In this document: positions 50,723 through 62,401 of the stretch, one piece after another | Numbering within the stretch: position 1 is the first letter of the stretch | Layout: each line of letters begins with the position of its first letter | Assembly (NCBI GenBank): GCA_964396245.1 | Contig: CAYNEO010000014.1 | Span: forward strand, 4,315-68,314 | Source: an uncultured Ignavibacteriales bacterium | Lineage (GTDB): Bacteria > Zixibacteria > MSB-5A5 > GN15 > FEB-12 | DNA length: 64,000 nucleotides | Direction of reading: 5' to 3' | Translations under genes and position numbers: made by a program | Notes under the pieces: generated by a model | Told to the model about the DNA's origin: nothing | The model's input: only the letters and a program-made list of their open reading frames with translations | The model's database searches: none

Positions 50723-51430
50723 TCAGGCAACTTCGGGTTTCCAGATTTCCCAGACCTTGCCGACCAGGTTCGGGCCGACCTTCAACGTCGGCTTGCCGGG
50801 CTGCCATTCGGCCGGAGTCGCCTCCGCGCCCTTGGTTGACCGGACATGCTGGAACGCCTTGATCTGCCGGACCGTTTCGATGAAATTCCGTCCGACCGGC
50901 GGCGTCAGGATTTCCATCCCCTGCACCACGCCGTCGGGATCAATAATAAATCTCCCGCGGACATCCACACCCGCATTTTCATCATACACGCCGTACACGC
51001 GGCCCAGATGACCGCCGGCGTCGGAAAGCATCGGGTACGGGATACCACCTTCAACCATCTTGGACAACTCCTGTTCGTGCCAGGTCTTGTGCACGAAAAT
51101 GGAATCGACCGAACAGGCATAAACGAAAACGTCGAGATCCTGAAGTGTTTTGTACGAAGCGGCGACCGTCGCTAGCTCGGTCGGTCAGACGAAGGTGAAG
51201 TCACCGGGATAGAAACAAAGCAGCGCCCAGTGACCGAGGGCATCGGAGAGTTTCACCTGCGTGAACCCACCCTTGTGATACGCCGGCGCCTCGAAATCGG
51301 GAGCCTTGCGGCCTACCATGATAGACATCTTCGGTTCCTCTCTTTCGGTTGGGTGTTCGGGAGTCGTTTCCGGTTCGGTCTGCCCGACCACGCGTCCGGT
51401 GGGACGGGCGCAGCCTACAGTGTCAGCCAT
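50723..51430 (-). CDS. peroxiredoxin (AhpC/Prx1 type) with in-frame TGA at the peroxidatic Cys position; probable selenoprotein
   Basis: Track ORFs 51185..51430 and 50723..51094 are in the same frame and are separated only by TGA 51185-51187. Read-through gives ...LLCFYPGDFTFV-U-PTELATVAASY...SVDSIFVHKTWHEQ...RGRFIIDPDG..., which is the FYPxDFTFVCPTE active site. ATG 51430 has an AAGGAGG RBS. ATG 51328 (MSIMVGRKAPDFEAP) is the alternative, canonical-length start. Confidence 0.82.
51157..51187 (-). other. UGA recoding site plus candidate bacterial SECIS hairpin
   Basis: mRNA reads UGA-CCGACC-GAGC-UA-GCGA-CGG-UCGC-C-GCUU. Lower stem GAGC/GCUU, upper stem GCGA/UCGC, and apical CGG(U) 17-19 nt after the UGA. 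An alternative 6-bp stem is CGACCG/CGGUCG. Folded by eye only. Confidence 0.5.
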
Positions 51431-51481
51431 ACGACCTCCTTTCGATATATTAACAACGTGTCTGGTTCGTGGCTCTGCCTA

Positions 51482-51510
51482 TCTATATCCAGAAATCTCC
51501 CGCAACGCAA
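51482..51510 (-). promoter_or_regulatory. candidate promoter of the peroxiredoxin gene
   Basis: Reverse strand reads TTGCGT, 17-nt spacer, TATAGA, about 50 nt upstream of ATG 51430. Confidence 0.35.
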
Positions 51511-51614
51511 GTAGTTCACACAAAATAACCCGCACTCAGAAGTACAGCTTCATCCCTGAGTCACGCTCAATTGTTTTTGTTGAAGTCTCTCACCACCCTG
51601 TGTAGCATATCCCC

Positions 51615-52592
51615 ATGCACTATCAACCGCTTCCACGCCTGGACACGGACAACGACGATCTCAAGCAACACTTGCTGTCGGTGTGCCGCCTGCGCCCCGG
51701 TCAGGTCTGGCACGACCCGCTCGGACGACATATTGTCGGCTGCGGCGATGCTACCGACCGTCGCTTCGTACTGTCACTCTTCCGGCGCATGAAACGCGCC
51801 ACGCTCGCGGTGCAGGACCCCCCGTACAATCTCGTCATGTTCGAAAAGCAATCGGTCGAAGAGTTCATCGCCTGGTGCCGCCGGTGGATCGATGTCACTC
51901 ATCATGTCCTCGACCGCGACGCCGCCCTCTATGTCTGGCTCGGCGCCGACCAGCGCGACAATTTCCAGCCGTTGCCGCAGTTCATGATGATGATGTCGGA
52001 GACTGACTTTAATGCCCGCTCGTTCATCACCATGCGAAACCAGCGCGGCTACGGAACCCAGCACAACTGGATGTCGGTCAGGCAGGAGCTGCTCTACTAT
52101 ATCAAGGGGCGTCCCGATTTCAACGTGCAGTACACCGATATCCCGAAAATCCTCCGCGGATACTACAAAGACGTGGGCGGTCGGACCACCGAAAACCTCG
52201 AACGCTCCAAATCACCGACTATCCGCCCCGGAAATGTCTGGGTCGATATTCAGCAGGTGTTCTATCGGATGGAGGAAAACGTCAACGGCTGCTACGCCCA
52301 GAAACCGTTGAAAGCGATTGAACGAATTGTGGAAGCGTCATCGCGCCCGGACGACGTCGTCGCAGACTTCTTCTCGCACTCCGGCACCACGCTGTTAGCT
52401 GCCGAAAGAACCGGGCGGCAGTGCGTAACATGCGAAATTGATCCGATTTTCGCCGAGATCACGATCCGCCGTTTGGAACACTTCCGCGAGACCGGGCGCA
52501 CCGGATGGCAGGCCGGCAACCCGTTCGAGAACGAGCTCCCCGACCGATGGTCCGCAATAAAAGTCGAGAGCGCCTCCCGGCGTGTCTGGTAA
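51615..52592 (+). CDS. DNA methyltransferase (N6-adenine/N4-cytosine, beta class; DPPY type)
   Basis: 325 aa. HIVGCGDATD; motif IV LAVQDPPYNL precedes the SAM-binding motif VADFFSHSGTTLLAAERTGRQCVTCEID. No restriction or specificity gene is adjacent. Confidence 0.9.
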   Translation: MHYQPLPRLDTDNDDLKQHLLSVCRLRPGQVWHDPLGRHIVGCGDATDRRFVLSLFRRMKRATLAVQDPPYNLVMFEKQSVEEFIAWCRRWIDVTHHVLDRDAALYVWLGADQRDNFQPLPQFMMMMSETDFNARSFITMRNQRGYGTQHNWMSVRQELLYYIKGRPDFNVQYTDIPKILRGYYKDVGGRTTENLERSKSPTIRPGNVWVDIQQVFYRMEENVNGCYAQKPLKAIERIVEASSRPDDVVADFFSHSGTTLLAAERTGRQCVTCEIDPIFAEITIRRLEHFRETGRTGWQAGNPFENELPDRWSAIKVESASRRVW

Positions 52593-52606
52593 GTCGCGAC
52601 AAATTC

Positions 52607-53125
52607 TTACTGCTTTGCCCATGAGTAGTGCTGCTGCACCACCCGCCAGTGACCGTCCTTCTTCTGCACCACCCCCGTCCACCGCGTGTTCAGCCAGTTG
52701 GCCGGCTTTCCGTTGATTTCATTATAGTCGTCGAGCACGCAGTAAAACCACGCTACGTCCCCTGATTCCGACATGTGGATATTGAGATCGTGTACTTCAT
52801 GCTTGATCGCCTTGAAAGCCGGATTGGACCAGAACGAGGTATCCTGCTTCACGGCATCGACCCCGAACTTGACCCGTTGATACGGCGTCACGCTGACAAA
52901 ATTGGAATCATCGCCGATACTGCTGAAAAACAGATCGAAATCTTTATTCACCGCCCAGCCAATCACGTTGTTGATTGTCTTCTCGATCTCCTTCATCTCA
53001 AGCGCCTTTTTAGCTTCTGTCTGATAACCCGCTTTCAAATCGGCCTTGAGGCCGGCTCCAATAGCTACCAGACAGACCAGCGACACGGTCGCAACCAGCA
53101 CACGACGTGCAGCGAATGGTTTCAT
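52607..53125 (-). CDS. secreted SnoaL/NTF2-like (DUF4440-type) protein
   Basis: ORF 52607..53161 trimmed to MKPFAARRVLVATVSLVCLVAIGAG (GGAGG RBS). C-terminal WTGVVQKKDGHWRVVQQHYSW is typical of NTF2-like folds. Confidence 0.82.
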   Translation of the reverse strand: MKPFAARRVLVATVSLVCLVAIGAGLKADLKAGYQTEAKKALEMKEIEKTINNVIGWAVNKDFDLFFSSIGDDSNFVSVTPYQRVKFGVDAVKQDTSFWSNPAFKAIKHEVHDLNIHMSESGDVAWFYCVLDDYNEINGKPANWLNTRWTGVVQKKDGHWRVVQQHYSWAKQ

Positions 53126-53305
53126 CTTCCTGACCTCCACAACTGTGTATGAAGAGCTCATCCTGCCGGTTCGGCAATCGTGATGTCTCCCCTGGTGCAG
53201 CTTTCCATGCGCCCGGCCTTAACCTGGCTTCATATACGTAGCCGATGCCTGAGAATTTTCAAAATTGTTTGCGCGGGATAGTAGTAAAGGCTGACCCGGA
53301 CTATT

Positions 53306-54022
53306 TCAAAGATACTCCAGCCTCGTCTGACCGTCCGCGATCTTGACATAGCTGAAATGATTGATAAAATCGCCGGTGTTGATATAGATCCCCTCGGGCC
53401 AGGTGTGAACCACCGGGATATGAAGGTGCCCGATAAGAACGATATCAAACCCCTCCGCCAGTTTGGCCTTCGCATAAGCCTCGTATTCTTCGACAAAGAT
53501 ATGGTCGCGTTGCGAGGTATACTGCCGCGACGATCCCGATACTTTCTTGGCGAGAGGGATAGCCCAGTCGGGCGGCAGCTTGCGGTACAGCCAGATATTG
53601 AATCTGTTGCGAAGGATCTTCTTGAGGAAGCGATACCCCCGGTCCGCCTTCGCAAGGCCGTCGCCGTGCGTCATGTGTATCCGGTTTCCGCCGTATTCCA
53701 TGTTGAATATGTCGCGGTGAAGCGTGATGCCGATCTGCGTTTCGAAAAAATCCCCCATCCAGAAATCGTGGTTGCCGCTGACATAATCCACCGGAATCCC
53801 GCCCGTCACCAGCTCCCGAAGGCGGAAAAGGACGTCGTGGTGGTCTTTCGGGATGGCGTGACGGTACTCGAACCAGAAATCAAACAAGTCGCCCAGAATG
53901 ACAAGCCGGTCGCCGTCACCCTTCACCCGGTCGAACAGCCGTTCGATATGCTCGAGCTTGGATTGTTCCTCTTCGGGTGTCCCGGAACCGAGATGGGCGT
54001 CGGAAAAGACATATAGCGCCAT
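53306..54022 (-). CDS. lpxH: UDP-2,3-diacylglucosamine diphosphatase LpxH
   Basis: 238 aa. Calcineurin-like motifs FSDAHLG, ILGDLFDFW, SGNHDFW, MTHGD, GHLHIP, collinear with LpxH. Confidence 0.88.
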   Translation of the reverse strand: MALYVFSDAHLGSGTPEEEQSKLEHIERLFDRVKGDGDRLVILGDLFDFWFEYRHAIPKDHHDVLFRLRELVTGGIPVDYVSGNHDFWMGDFFETQIGITLHRDIFNMEYGGNRIHMTHGDGLAKADRGYRFLKKILRNRFNIWLYRKLPPDWAIPLAKKVSGSSRQYTSQRDHIFVEEYEAYAKAKLAEGFDIVLIGHLHIPVVHTWPEGIYINTGDFINHFSYVKIADGQTRLEYL

Positions 54023-54081
54023 GGCGACAATATACGCGATTAGGTCGGCAAGGGAAGTTTCAAAATCGCGGACTAATGAAC

Positions 54082-56319
54082 CTACTCAACCCGATCCATG
54101 AACCGGTTCATGGAATTGTAGAACACGTCCGACAGCGACTCGATATCGACGTCGATCAGGTCATTGACAACCAGCCGTTTTCCCGTAACCGTGCCGATCT
54201 TGACCGCCGGAATGCCCTTTTCGGTGAAGAACTCCACGAGGTCAGCTTGATCCGTCGGGCAGGTCACGATCACCCGCGACTGACTCTCGCCAAACAGCAG
54301 GCAGTCCCGCCGAATATGCTCGACCATCTGAATCTGCGCTCCGATCTGCCGGTCCCGGTTCGAGATACAGCATTCCGCCAGCGCGATTGCCAGACCGCCG
54401 TCCGAAACATCGTGCGCCGATTTCACCATCCCCGCCCGGATAGCCTCGAGCAGTGCCTCCTGGAGCTTCTTCTCGAAATCGAGATCGAGCGCGGGGACTT
54501 CACCGCGTGTCATGCTGTGGATCGTGTGAAGGTACTCGGTGCCGCCCAGTTCCTCCTCGGACTCGCCGAGCAGGATAATGTCATCCCCCTCGTCCTTGAA
54601 CCACTGCGTCGTGATATGATCTAGCCTCTCGATCAGGCCGATCATCCCGATCGTCGGCGTGGGGAAGACGGCGCGGTTGGGATCCTCGTTATAAAACGAC
54701 ACGTTGCCGCCGGTGACCGGAGTGCCGAACACGCGGCAGGCTTTGCCCATGCCGGCGACAGCTTCGGAGAAGCCGTAATAGATCTCCGGTTTATATGGAT
54801 TGCCGAAGTTAAGGCAGTTGGTGATCGCGAGCGGTTTGCCGCCCGAACAGACAATGTTCCGCGCCGCCTCAGCCACCGCCATTTCCGCCCCAAGACGCGG
54901 ATTGAGATAGCAGTAGCGCCCGTTGCAGTCGGTGGTCATCGCCAGCGCCTTGTCGGTCTTGCGAATCCGAAGCACCGCGGCGTCGGAGCCGGGTCCCACG
55001 GCCGTATTGGTGCGGACCATCGAATCATACTGCTCGAACACCCATCCCTTGTGACAGAGGTTCGGTGAGCCGAGCATCGTGACGAGTGTCTCGTTCCAGT
55101 CCCGATCATCCGAAATTTGGCTCATATCGAGCGTCTTCAGTTCATCCATGTATGCCGGGCGCTTCGTGTCCCGGTGATAGACCGGCGCGCCGCCGCCGAG
55201 TACGAGGTCCCACGACGGTACCTGCGAGACTGCTTCGCCGTTCAATTTTACCGTCATGAGGCCGTCGGATGTCACATGGCCAATGATAGTTGAATCGAGT
55301 CCCCACTTGTCGAAGACTTTGCGGACCTCGCCTTCCTTGCCCTTCTTCACGCAGACCAGCATCCGCTCCTGCGATTCCGACAGGAGAATCTCGTACGGCA
55401 CCATGCCTTCTTCGCGCACCGGCACCAGGTCGATATCGAGGACGACACCGGCCTCACCTTTGGCGGACATTTCCGATGACGAGCAGGTAATTCCCGCGGC
55501 GCCCATATCCTGAATACCGACAATCAAACCTTTTTCGATAATCTCGAGCGTGGCTTCGAGCAGCAGTTTCTCCGTAAACGGGTCGCCTATCTGCACCGAG
55601 GGACGTTTCGCCTCGGATGCTTCTGAGAGTTCTTCCGAGGCAAATGTCGCCCCGTGGATACCGTCGCGACCGGTCTTCGAACCGACAATCATCAACGGGT
55701 TGCCCTCACCGGTGGCAATCGCCGATGCCAGACCGTCGTGCTTGACAATCCCGACCGCCATCGCATTGACCAGCGGGTTGCCGGTGTACGCTTCGTCGAA
55801 ATAGACTTCACCCGCCACGGTCGGCACGCCGAACGAGTTGCCGTAATCGCCGATACCGCGCACCACGCCGTCGACAAGATATCTGACGCGTGGATTGTTG
55901 GGGCTCCCGAACCTGAGGGAATTGAGCGATGCTATCGGGCGTGCACCCATGGTGAAAATGTCCCGAAGGATACCGCCGACACCGGTCGCCGCGCCCTGAT
56001 ACGGTTCGATTGCCGACGGATGGTTGTGCGATTCGATCTTGAACACAACCGCGAGACCGTCGCCGATATCAACCGCACCGGCATTTTCCTCGCCGGCTTT
56101 CGCCAGGAGCGCTTCGCCTTCGCGCGGAAGCGTTTTCAGCAGCGCAATCGAGTTCTTGTACGAGCAGTGCTCCGACCACATCACCGAGAAGACACCCAGC
56201 TCGGTGAAATTCGGTTCGCGGCCCAGTATCGTCTTGATCCGCTCGTATTCCTCGTCGGTAATTCCGTGACTCTTAACGGTTTCGAGTGTCACCGGGGGTT
56301 GGACAAACTCTTTTGCCAT
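54082..56319 (-). CDS. purL: phosphoribosylformylglycinamidine synthase subunit PurL
   Basis: 745 aa. [41 protein letters not shown] and the duplicated AIRS-like halves are typical of FGAM synthase II. Confidence 0.97.
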   Translation of the reverse strand: MAKEFVQPPVTLETVKSHGITDEEYERIKTILGREPNFTELGVFSVMWSEHCSYKNSIALLKTLPREGEALLAKAGEENAGAVDIGDGLAVVFKIESHNHPSAIEPYQGAATGVGGILRDIFTMGARPIASLNSLRFGSPNNPRVRYLVDGVVRGIGDYGNSFGVPTVAGEVYFDEAYTGNPLVNAMAVGIVKHDGLASAIATGEGNPLMIVGSKTGRDGIHGATFASEELSEASEAKRPSVQIGDPFTEKLLLEATLEIIEKGLIVGIQDMGAAGITCSSSEMSAKGEAGVVLDIDLVPVREEGMVPYEILLSESQERMLVCVKKGKEGEVRKVFDKWGLDSTIIGHVTSDGLMTVKLNGEAVSQVPSWDLVLGGGAPVYHRDTKRPAYMDELKTLDMSQISDDRDWNETLVTMLGSPNLCHKGWVFEQYDSMVRTNTAVGPGSDAAVLRIRKTDKALAMTTDCNGRYCYLNPRLGAEMAVAEAARNIVCSGGKPLAITNCLNFGNPYKPEIYYGFSEAVAGMGKACRVFGTPVTGGNVSFYNEDPNRAVFPTPTIGMIGLIERLDHITTQWFKDEGDDIILLGESEEELGGTEYLHTIHSMTRGEVPALDLDFEKKLQEALLEAIRAGMVKSAHDVSDGGLAIALAECCISNRDRQIGAQIQMVEHIRRDCLLFGESQSRVIVTCPTDQADLVEFFTEKGIPAVKIGTVTGKRLVVNDLIDVDIESLSDVFYNSMNRFMDRVE

Positions 56320-56435
56320 GCGCTATTGCTTCCTGCTCGTCGGAGCCATTGTCTGCCGGACCTTGGGCCGTCCCTCGACCGCTCGCAGCCGACAACTTCC
56401 GGCCGGATTCACTCCTGCCGGTTGGTGAAAGGCGG

Positions 56436-56464
56436 AATATAGACTGGAATTACAGGGAGGTCAA
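56436..56464 (-). promoter_or_regulatory. candidate sigma-70-type promoter of purL with ~110-nt leader
   Basis: Reverse strand reads TTGACC, 17-nt spacer, TATATT. It lies between the upstream gene's stop (56500) and ATG 56319. Confidence 0.5.
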
Positions 56465-56499
56465 GAGGCACGGCACACCCAACGCCGTCCCGAACCAAT

Positions 56500-57147
56500 T
56501 CAACGCGCCGCTACCCGGTCCTCTCTGGCTTTGCGAATCTCGTACGTCCCGAAGACGTGATCCCAGAAGGAGTTGCTCACGCCGTACCGAAGGTCCTCGT
56601 GCTTCTCGCTGAAATGGTGAAGCAAATGATGGCGCTGGAGCTTCCTGGCCCACTTCCACCGCGGCTTGCCGTGATGCAAATAATAATGGGTAAGGTCATA
56701 TGCAATGTACCCGACAGTGAAACCGGCCTGAAACGCCCAGGCGTAGGGCCCGAGTATCAGCCGATAGATGCCGAGAAAAATCAGGAAAAGCCCGATACTG
56801 ATCATCGGAGGCATCACCAACCTGAGCGGGTCGTTGGGCCAGGTATGGTGAATTCCGTGCACCCAGAAATGCATCCGCTCACCCCATTTTGCGTCCGGAA
56901 TCCAGTGCATGATCGTCCGGTGAAGCCAGTACTCCACCAGCGTCCAGGTGAAAATACCGGCGACCGCCAGAAGCACGCTGTTCACCGGGGAAACCCCGGC
57001 ACGGGCTATGCTGTACCAGATCAAAAACGCCGACACCGGCAAGAAGATTGACGGTACTACTATAGGATGTGTCCGGGTGAACACCTCGAGAACAGGATTT
57101 TCGAACAGTCTGGGAGTCCCCGGTTCAGGATGAATTTGACCTTGCAT
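56500..57147 (-). CDS. fatty acid hydroxylase / sterol desaturase family membrane protein
   Basis: 215 aa. His boxes HRTIMHW, WVHGIHH, HYYLHH, HHLLHHF. Four hydrophobic helices. RBS GGAGGG. Confidence 0.9.
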   Translation of the reverse strand: MQGQIHPEPGTPRLFENPVLEVFTRTHPIVVPSIFLPVSAFLIWYSIARAGVSPVNSVLLAVAGIFTWTLVEYWLHRTIMHWIPDAKWGERMHFWVHGIHHTWPNDPLRLVMPPMISIGLFLIFLGIYRLILGPYAWAFQAGFTVGYIAYDLTHYYLHHGKPRWKWARKLQRHHLLHHFSEKHEDLRYGVSNSFWDHVFGTYEIRKAREDRVAAR

Positions 57148-57409
57148 AACGATATATCCCTCCGAAAGTCGTTCTCACAAAGCACCCGGACGCATTGATT
57201 CAGCTGTTGTGGAAAATGGGGGCGGTGCCTTCCGGCGCTTCAACACGTACAACAAAGACCCATACAATATTGTTTCCCCCTAATCTAGCCGACGTTTTGC
57301 CGGTGCGCAATGGAAAATGTGGGGCCGTGACTCTCCGGCGACGCGAACAATGACTCACCGTGAGACTTTTTATCTTCCGTTTCATCGAATACCGGCTATC
57401 TTGATACTG

Positions 57410-58813
57410 ATGGATACGGCGCGCACAGTCAGAGAGACAATTCGCGACCACAATCTGGTCACCGTCGGTGATTCGATACTCGTCGCCCTCTCCGGCGGAC
57501 CGGATTCGGTAGCGTTGCTGCACCTGCTCAGCCGTCATCGTAAGTCAATGAAACTCAACCTGACAGCGGTCTATATCAATCACCAGATCAGGAAGAAAGC
57601 AGCCCTTCTGGAGGAGAAATTCTGCCAGAAGCTGTGCGACTCTCTCAAAGTCGAGCTCGATATCGTCAGCGAGGACATTCCCGCGCTGGCCCAGAGACGG
57701 AAAATGGGGCTCGAAGAAGCCGCCCGCGAATTCAGGTACGAACTGTTTGACTTGCTTGCCGTTGAAGACCATCATGACCGTATCGCGCTCGGCCATCACG
57801 CCGATGACCGCGTCGAAACCATCCTCTTCCGGATTCTCCGAGGTACCGGCACCGGCGGCCTTTCCGGCATCCCGATAAAACGCGGCAAGATCATTCGCCC
57901 GCTCTACTACCTGACCAAGCAGGACATCCTGGAATACCTCTCGAAGCAGGACCTCGAGTACTGCATAGACCAATCCAACGAAGGCGTCGATTTCCGGCGC
58001 AACTATATCCGCAATCGCCTGCTCGTGAACATCCGCAAGGAACTGAACCCGCAGGTTGACCGGGCGATTCTCGGCCTGTCGGCAATCGCGGCGGCCGATG
58101 ATCGCTTTCTGGAGCAAGTGACCGAGAAGGCCGCGGCGAATACACTCCGATGGACCCCGGGGGGGAAAATTGAACTTGATTTGACACGTTTGAGCTCTTA
58201 TGATACCGCGATTCGCCGCCGTCTGCTAAGATATTGTCTCAAAATGCTTTCGGCGACCGGTGAGGCCCCCGATCGGGTCGTCATCGAGCGTCTGGAACAT
58301 CTTGCGACTGCAGGCGGACGGGCCCTTTCGGTCCCCGGCAGACTCCGGGCAGTCAGGGCGGGAAATATGCTGGTGATCCATCGAACGGGCCGGCTTTCAT
58401 TTCAGAAGCAGTTCGATCCGGGCCGGACACTGCTTCTCGACCGGCCGGCAATAAAGATTCGCTCCGAAGTGGAAACAAATTGGACAGCACAGCCGATTAA
58501 AGAAAGAGGAACGCGAAAGGTAACGCTGGACCTCGAGAAGATTAAACCGCCGCTGGTGGTGAGGAGTATAAAACCGGGTGACAGATTCCGCCCGCTGGGA
58601 CTCGGCGGGAGTAAGAAGGTCGGCGACTACCTGACGGACAAAAAGGTAGAGGCGGTCTTTCGCGATGAAATCCCGGTGATATGTGATGCCGAAGGCATCG
58701 TATGGCTGGTTGGATTTGAAATTGATGACAGGGTAAAGGTAGATGTGCATACAGGGAAGGTCATAACACTTGAAGTCAGCGACAGGAAATCAGGTGCAGC
58801 CGCAACCATTTGA
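57410..58813 (+). CDS. tilS: tRNA(Ile)-lysidine synthetase TilS
   Basis: ORF 57317..58813 trimmed to MDTARTVRETI. PP-loop LVALSGGPDSVALLHLL. Has the C-terminal TilS substrate-binding region. Confidence 0.9.
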   Translation: MDTARTVRETIRDHNLVTVGDSILVALSGGPDSVALLHLLSRHRKSMKLNLTAVYINHQIRKKAALLEEKFCQKLCDSLKVELDIVSEDIPALAQRRKMGLEEAAREFRYELFDLLAVEDHHDRIALGHHADDRVETILFRILRGTGTGGLSGIPIKRGKIIRPLYYLTKQDILEYLSKQDLEYCIDQSNEGVDFRRNYIRNRLLVNIRKELNPQVDRAILGLSAIAAADDRFLEQVTEKAAANTLRWTPGGKIELDLTRLSSYDTAIRRRLLRYCLKMLSATGEAPDRVVIERLEHLATAGGRALSVPGRLRAVRAGNMLVIHRTGRLSFQKQFDPGRTLLLDRPAIKIRSEVETNWTAQPIKERGTRKVTLDLEKIKPPLVVRSIKPGDRFRPLGLGGSKKVGDYLTDKKVEAVFRDEIPVICDAEGIVWLVGFEIDDRVKVDVHTGKVITLEVSDRKSGAAATI

Positions 58814-58814
58814 A

Positions 58815-59321
58815 ATGGTGCTCGATCAAACCCGGCTCGCCAGGCGGATCGGCGAAATGGGCCGGGAGATCAGCCGCGACTACGAGGGAAAACCTCTCGT
58901 TCTGCTCGGCGTCCTCAAGGGATGCATGGTTTTTATCGCCGATCTCGTTCGGCATATCACGATCCCGGTCGAGGTCGAATTTATCTGTCCGGCTACTTCG
59001 CGAAGCCGGATTCGTGAGGAAGGTGATATCATCTTCACCGGCAGCGCCGCGCGCTCGATCAGGGGCCGCCATGTGCTTCTCGTCGAAGGAATTGTCGACA
59101 CCTGTCGCACGGCGTCGGTCGCCCTCGGACGGCTGCGAAAGATGGAACCGGCCTCGGTCGAGATTGTTACGCTGTTAGACAAACCCGGCAGTCATCGTGA
59201 GAAGCTGGAGATCAAGTATAAAGGGTTCTCGATAGGGAACGACTTTGTGATCGGGTTCGGGATGGACAACGCCCAGAAGTACCGCAACCTGCCGTTTATC
59301 GGGCGCGTAATAGACTCATGA
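58815..59321 (+). CDS. hpt: hypoxanthine phosphoribosyltransferase
   Basis: ORF 58770..59321 trimmed to the ATG 1 nt after the tilS stop. LLGVLKGCMVFIADL. PRPP motif VLLVEGIVDTCRT. FVIGFGMDNAQKYRNLPFI. Confidence 0.92.
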   Translation: MVLDQTRLARRIGEMGREISRDYEGKPLVLLGVLKGCMVFIADLVRHITIPVEVEFICPATSRSRIREEGDIIFTGSAARSIRGRHVLLVEGIVDTCRTASVALGRLRKMEPASVEIVTLLDKPGSHREKLEIKYKGFSIGNDFVIGFGMDNAQKYRNLPFIGRVIDS

Positions 59322-59412
59322 GCCCACACGTCACATTGCCACTTTGTGAATTATTGCGTACCTTTCGAGTATAACAGGTGAGAATATTAATTTTAGTTAT
59401 GGTGATAATTAA

Positions 59413-61371
<1,959 letters not shown>

Positions 61372-61395
61372 CCGACCACAGACTTGAAAATTCAC

Positions 61396-61421
61396 GCCCC
61401 CTCGTATGAGGGGGCTTTTTT
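61396..61421 (+). terminator. Rho-independent terminator after ftsH
   Basis: GCCCCCTC-gtat-GAGGGGGC followed by TTTTTT, 25 nt after the stop. Confidence 0.88.
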
Positions 61422-61519
61422 ATCCGTGAAATGATGATCCATACCCCGAACCAATGATTAAACTTGCGCCGCGCGAACGATTTGTGCAATATGCTCTCAA
61501 ACCGACAGGCGGATCTCTT

Positions 61520-62398
61520 ATGTCCAGGCAAAAACTCGTCAACCAACAAGAAACGCGGGCTATCCCGCTCGCCAACGGCCGCCGGTTGCCGCTTGACCGG
61601 CCGCTGGTCATGGGCATTCTCAACCTGACGCCGGATTCCTTCTCCGACGGCGGCCTCCATCCCGATAGAAACTCAGCCATCGACCACGCCGTCCGCATGG
61701 CCGCCGAGGGCGCCGACATCATCGACATCGGCGGCGAATCCACCCGCCCCGGTTCCGAACCGGTCAGCGAAATCGAAGAACTCGAGCGCGTCCTGCCGGT
61801 GTTGAAAGCGGTTCGGTACGAGGTCGACTTCCCCATCTCGGTCGATACCTATAAATCCAATGTCGCGCGAGCGGCCCTCGATGAAGGCGCCGACATCATC
61901 AACGACATCTCCGCCCTCCGCTTCGACCAACAGATGCCCGCCCTCCTCGCCGAACGCAACGTGCCGGTCATCCTCATGCACATGCTCGGTACTCCGCGAG
62001 ACATGCAGCAGCACCCGCACTACGAGAACTGTATCGCCGAAATCACCCAATTCCTCTCGGAACGCATCGCCTTCGCCGCCGAGCACGGCATCGACCGCGC
62101 CAAAATCATCATCGACCCCGGCATCGGTTTCGGCAAGCGGCTTGTCGACAACCTCGACATCCTGCGCAACCTCGCCGCCTTCAAATCACTCGGCGCGCCC
62201 CTACTTGTCGGCGCCTCCCGGAAAGGCTTCATCGGTGCGCTCAACCCCCAAAGCCGCCCCGCCGCCGAACGAATCGGCGGTTCCATCGCCGCCGCCGTTA
62301 CAGCCGTCATCAACGGCGCCGATATAATCAGGGTGCACGATGTCGCTCCGACTGTCGAAGCCCTGAAAGTCATTCAGGCCATACGGAAAGGAATCTAA
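61520..62398 (+). CDS. folP: dihydropteroate synthase
   Basis: ORF 61454..62398 trimmed to MSRQKLV. MGILNLTPDSFSDGG, IIDIGGESTRPG, IINDISALR and DPGIGFGK are typical pterin-binding motifs. Confidence 0.92.
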   Translation: MSRQKLVNQQETRAIPLANGRRLPLDRPLVMGILNLTPDSFSDGGLHPDRNSAIDHAVRMAAEGADIIDIGGESTRPGSEPVSEIEELERVLPVLKAVRYEVDFPISVDTYKSNVARAALDEGADIINDISALRFDQQMPALLAERNVPVILMHMLGTPRDMQQHPHYENCIAEITQFLSERIAFAAEHGIDRAKIIIDPGIGFGKRLVDNLDILRNLAAFKSLGAPLLVGASRKGFIGALNPQSRPAAERIGGSIAAAVTAVINGADIIRVHDVAPTVEALKVIQAIRKGI

Positions 62399-62401
62399 CG
62401 C

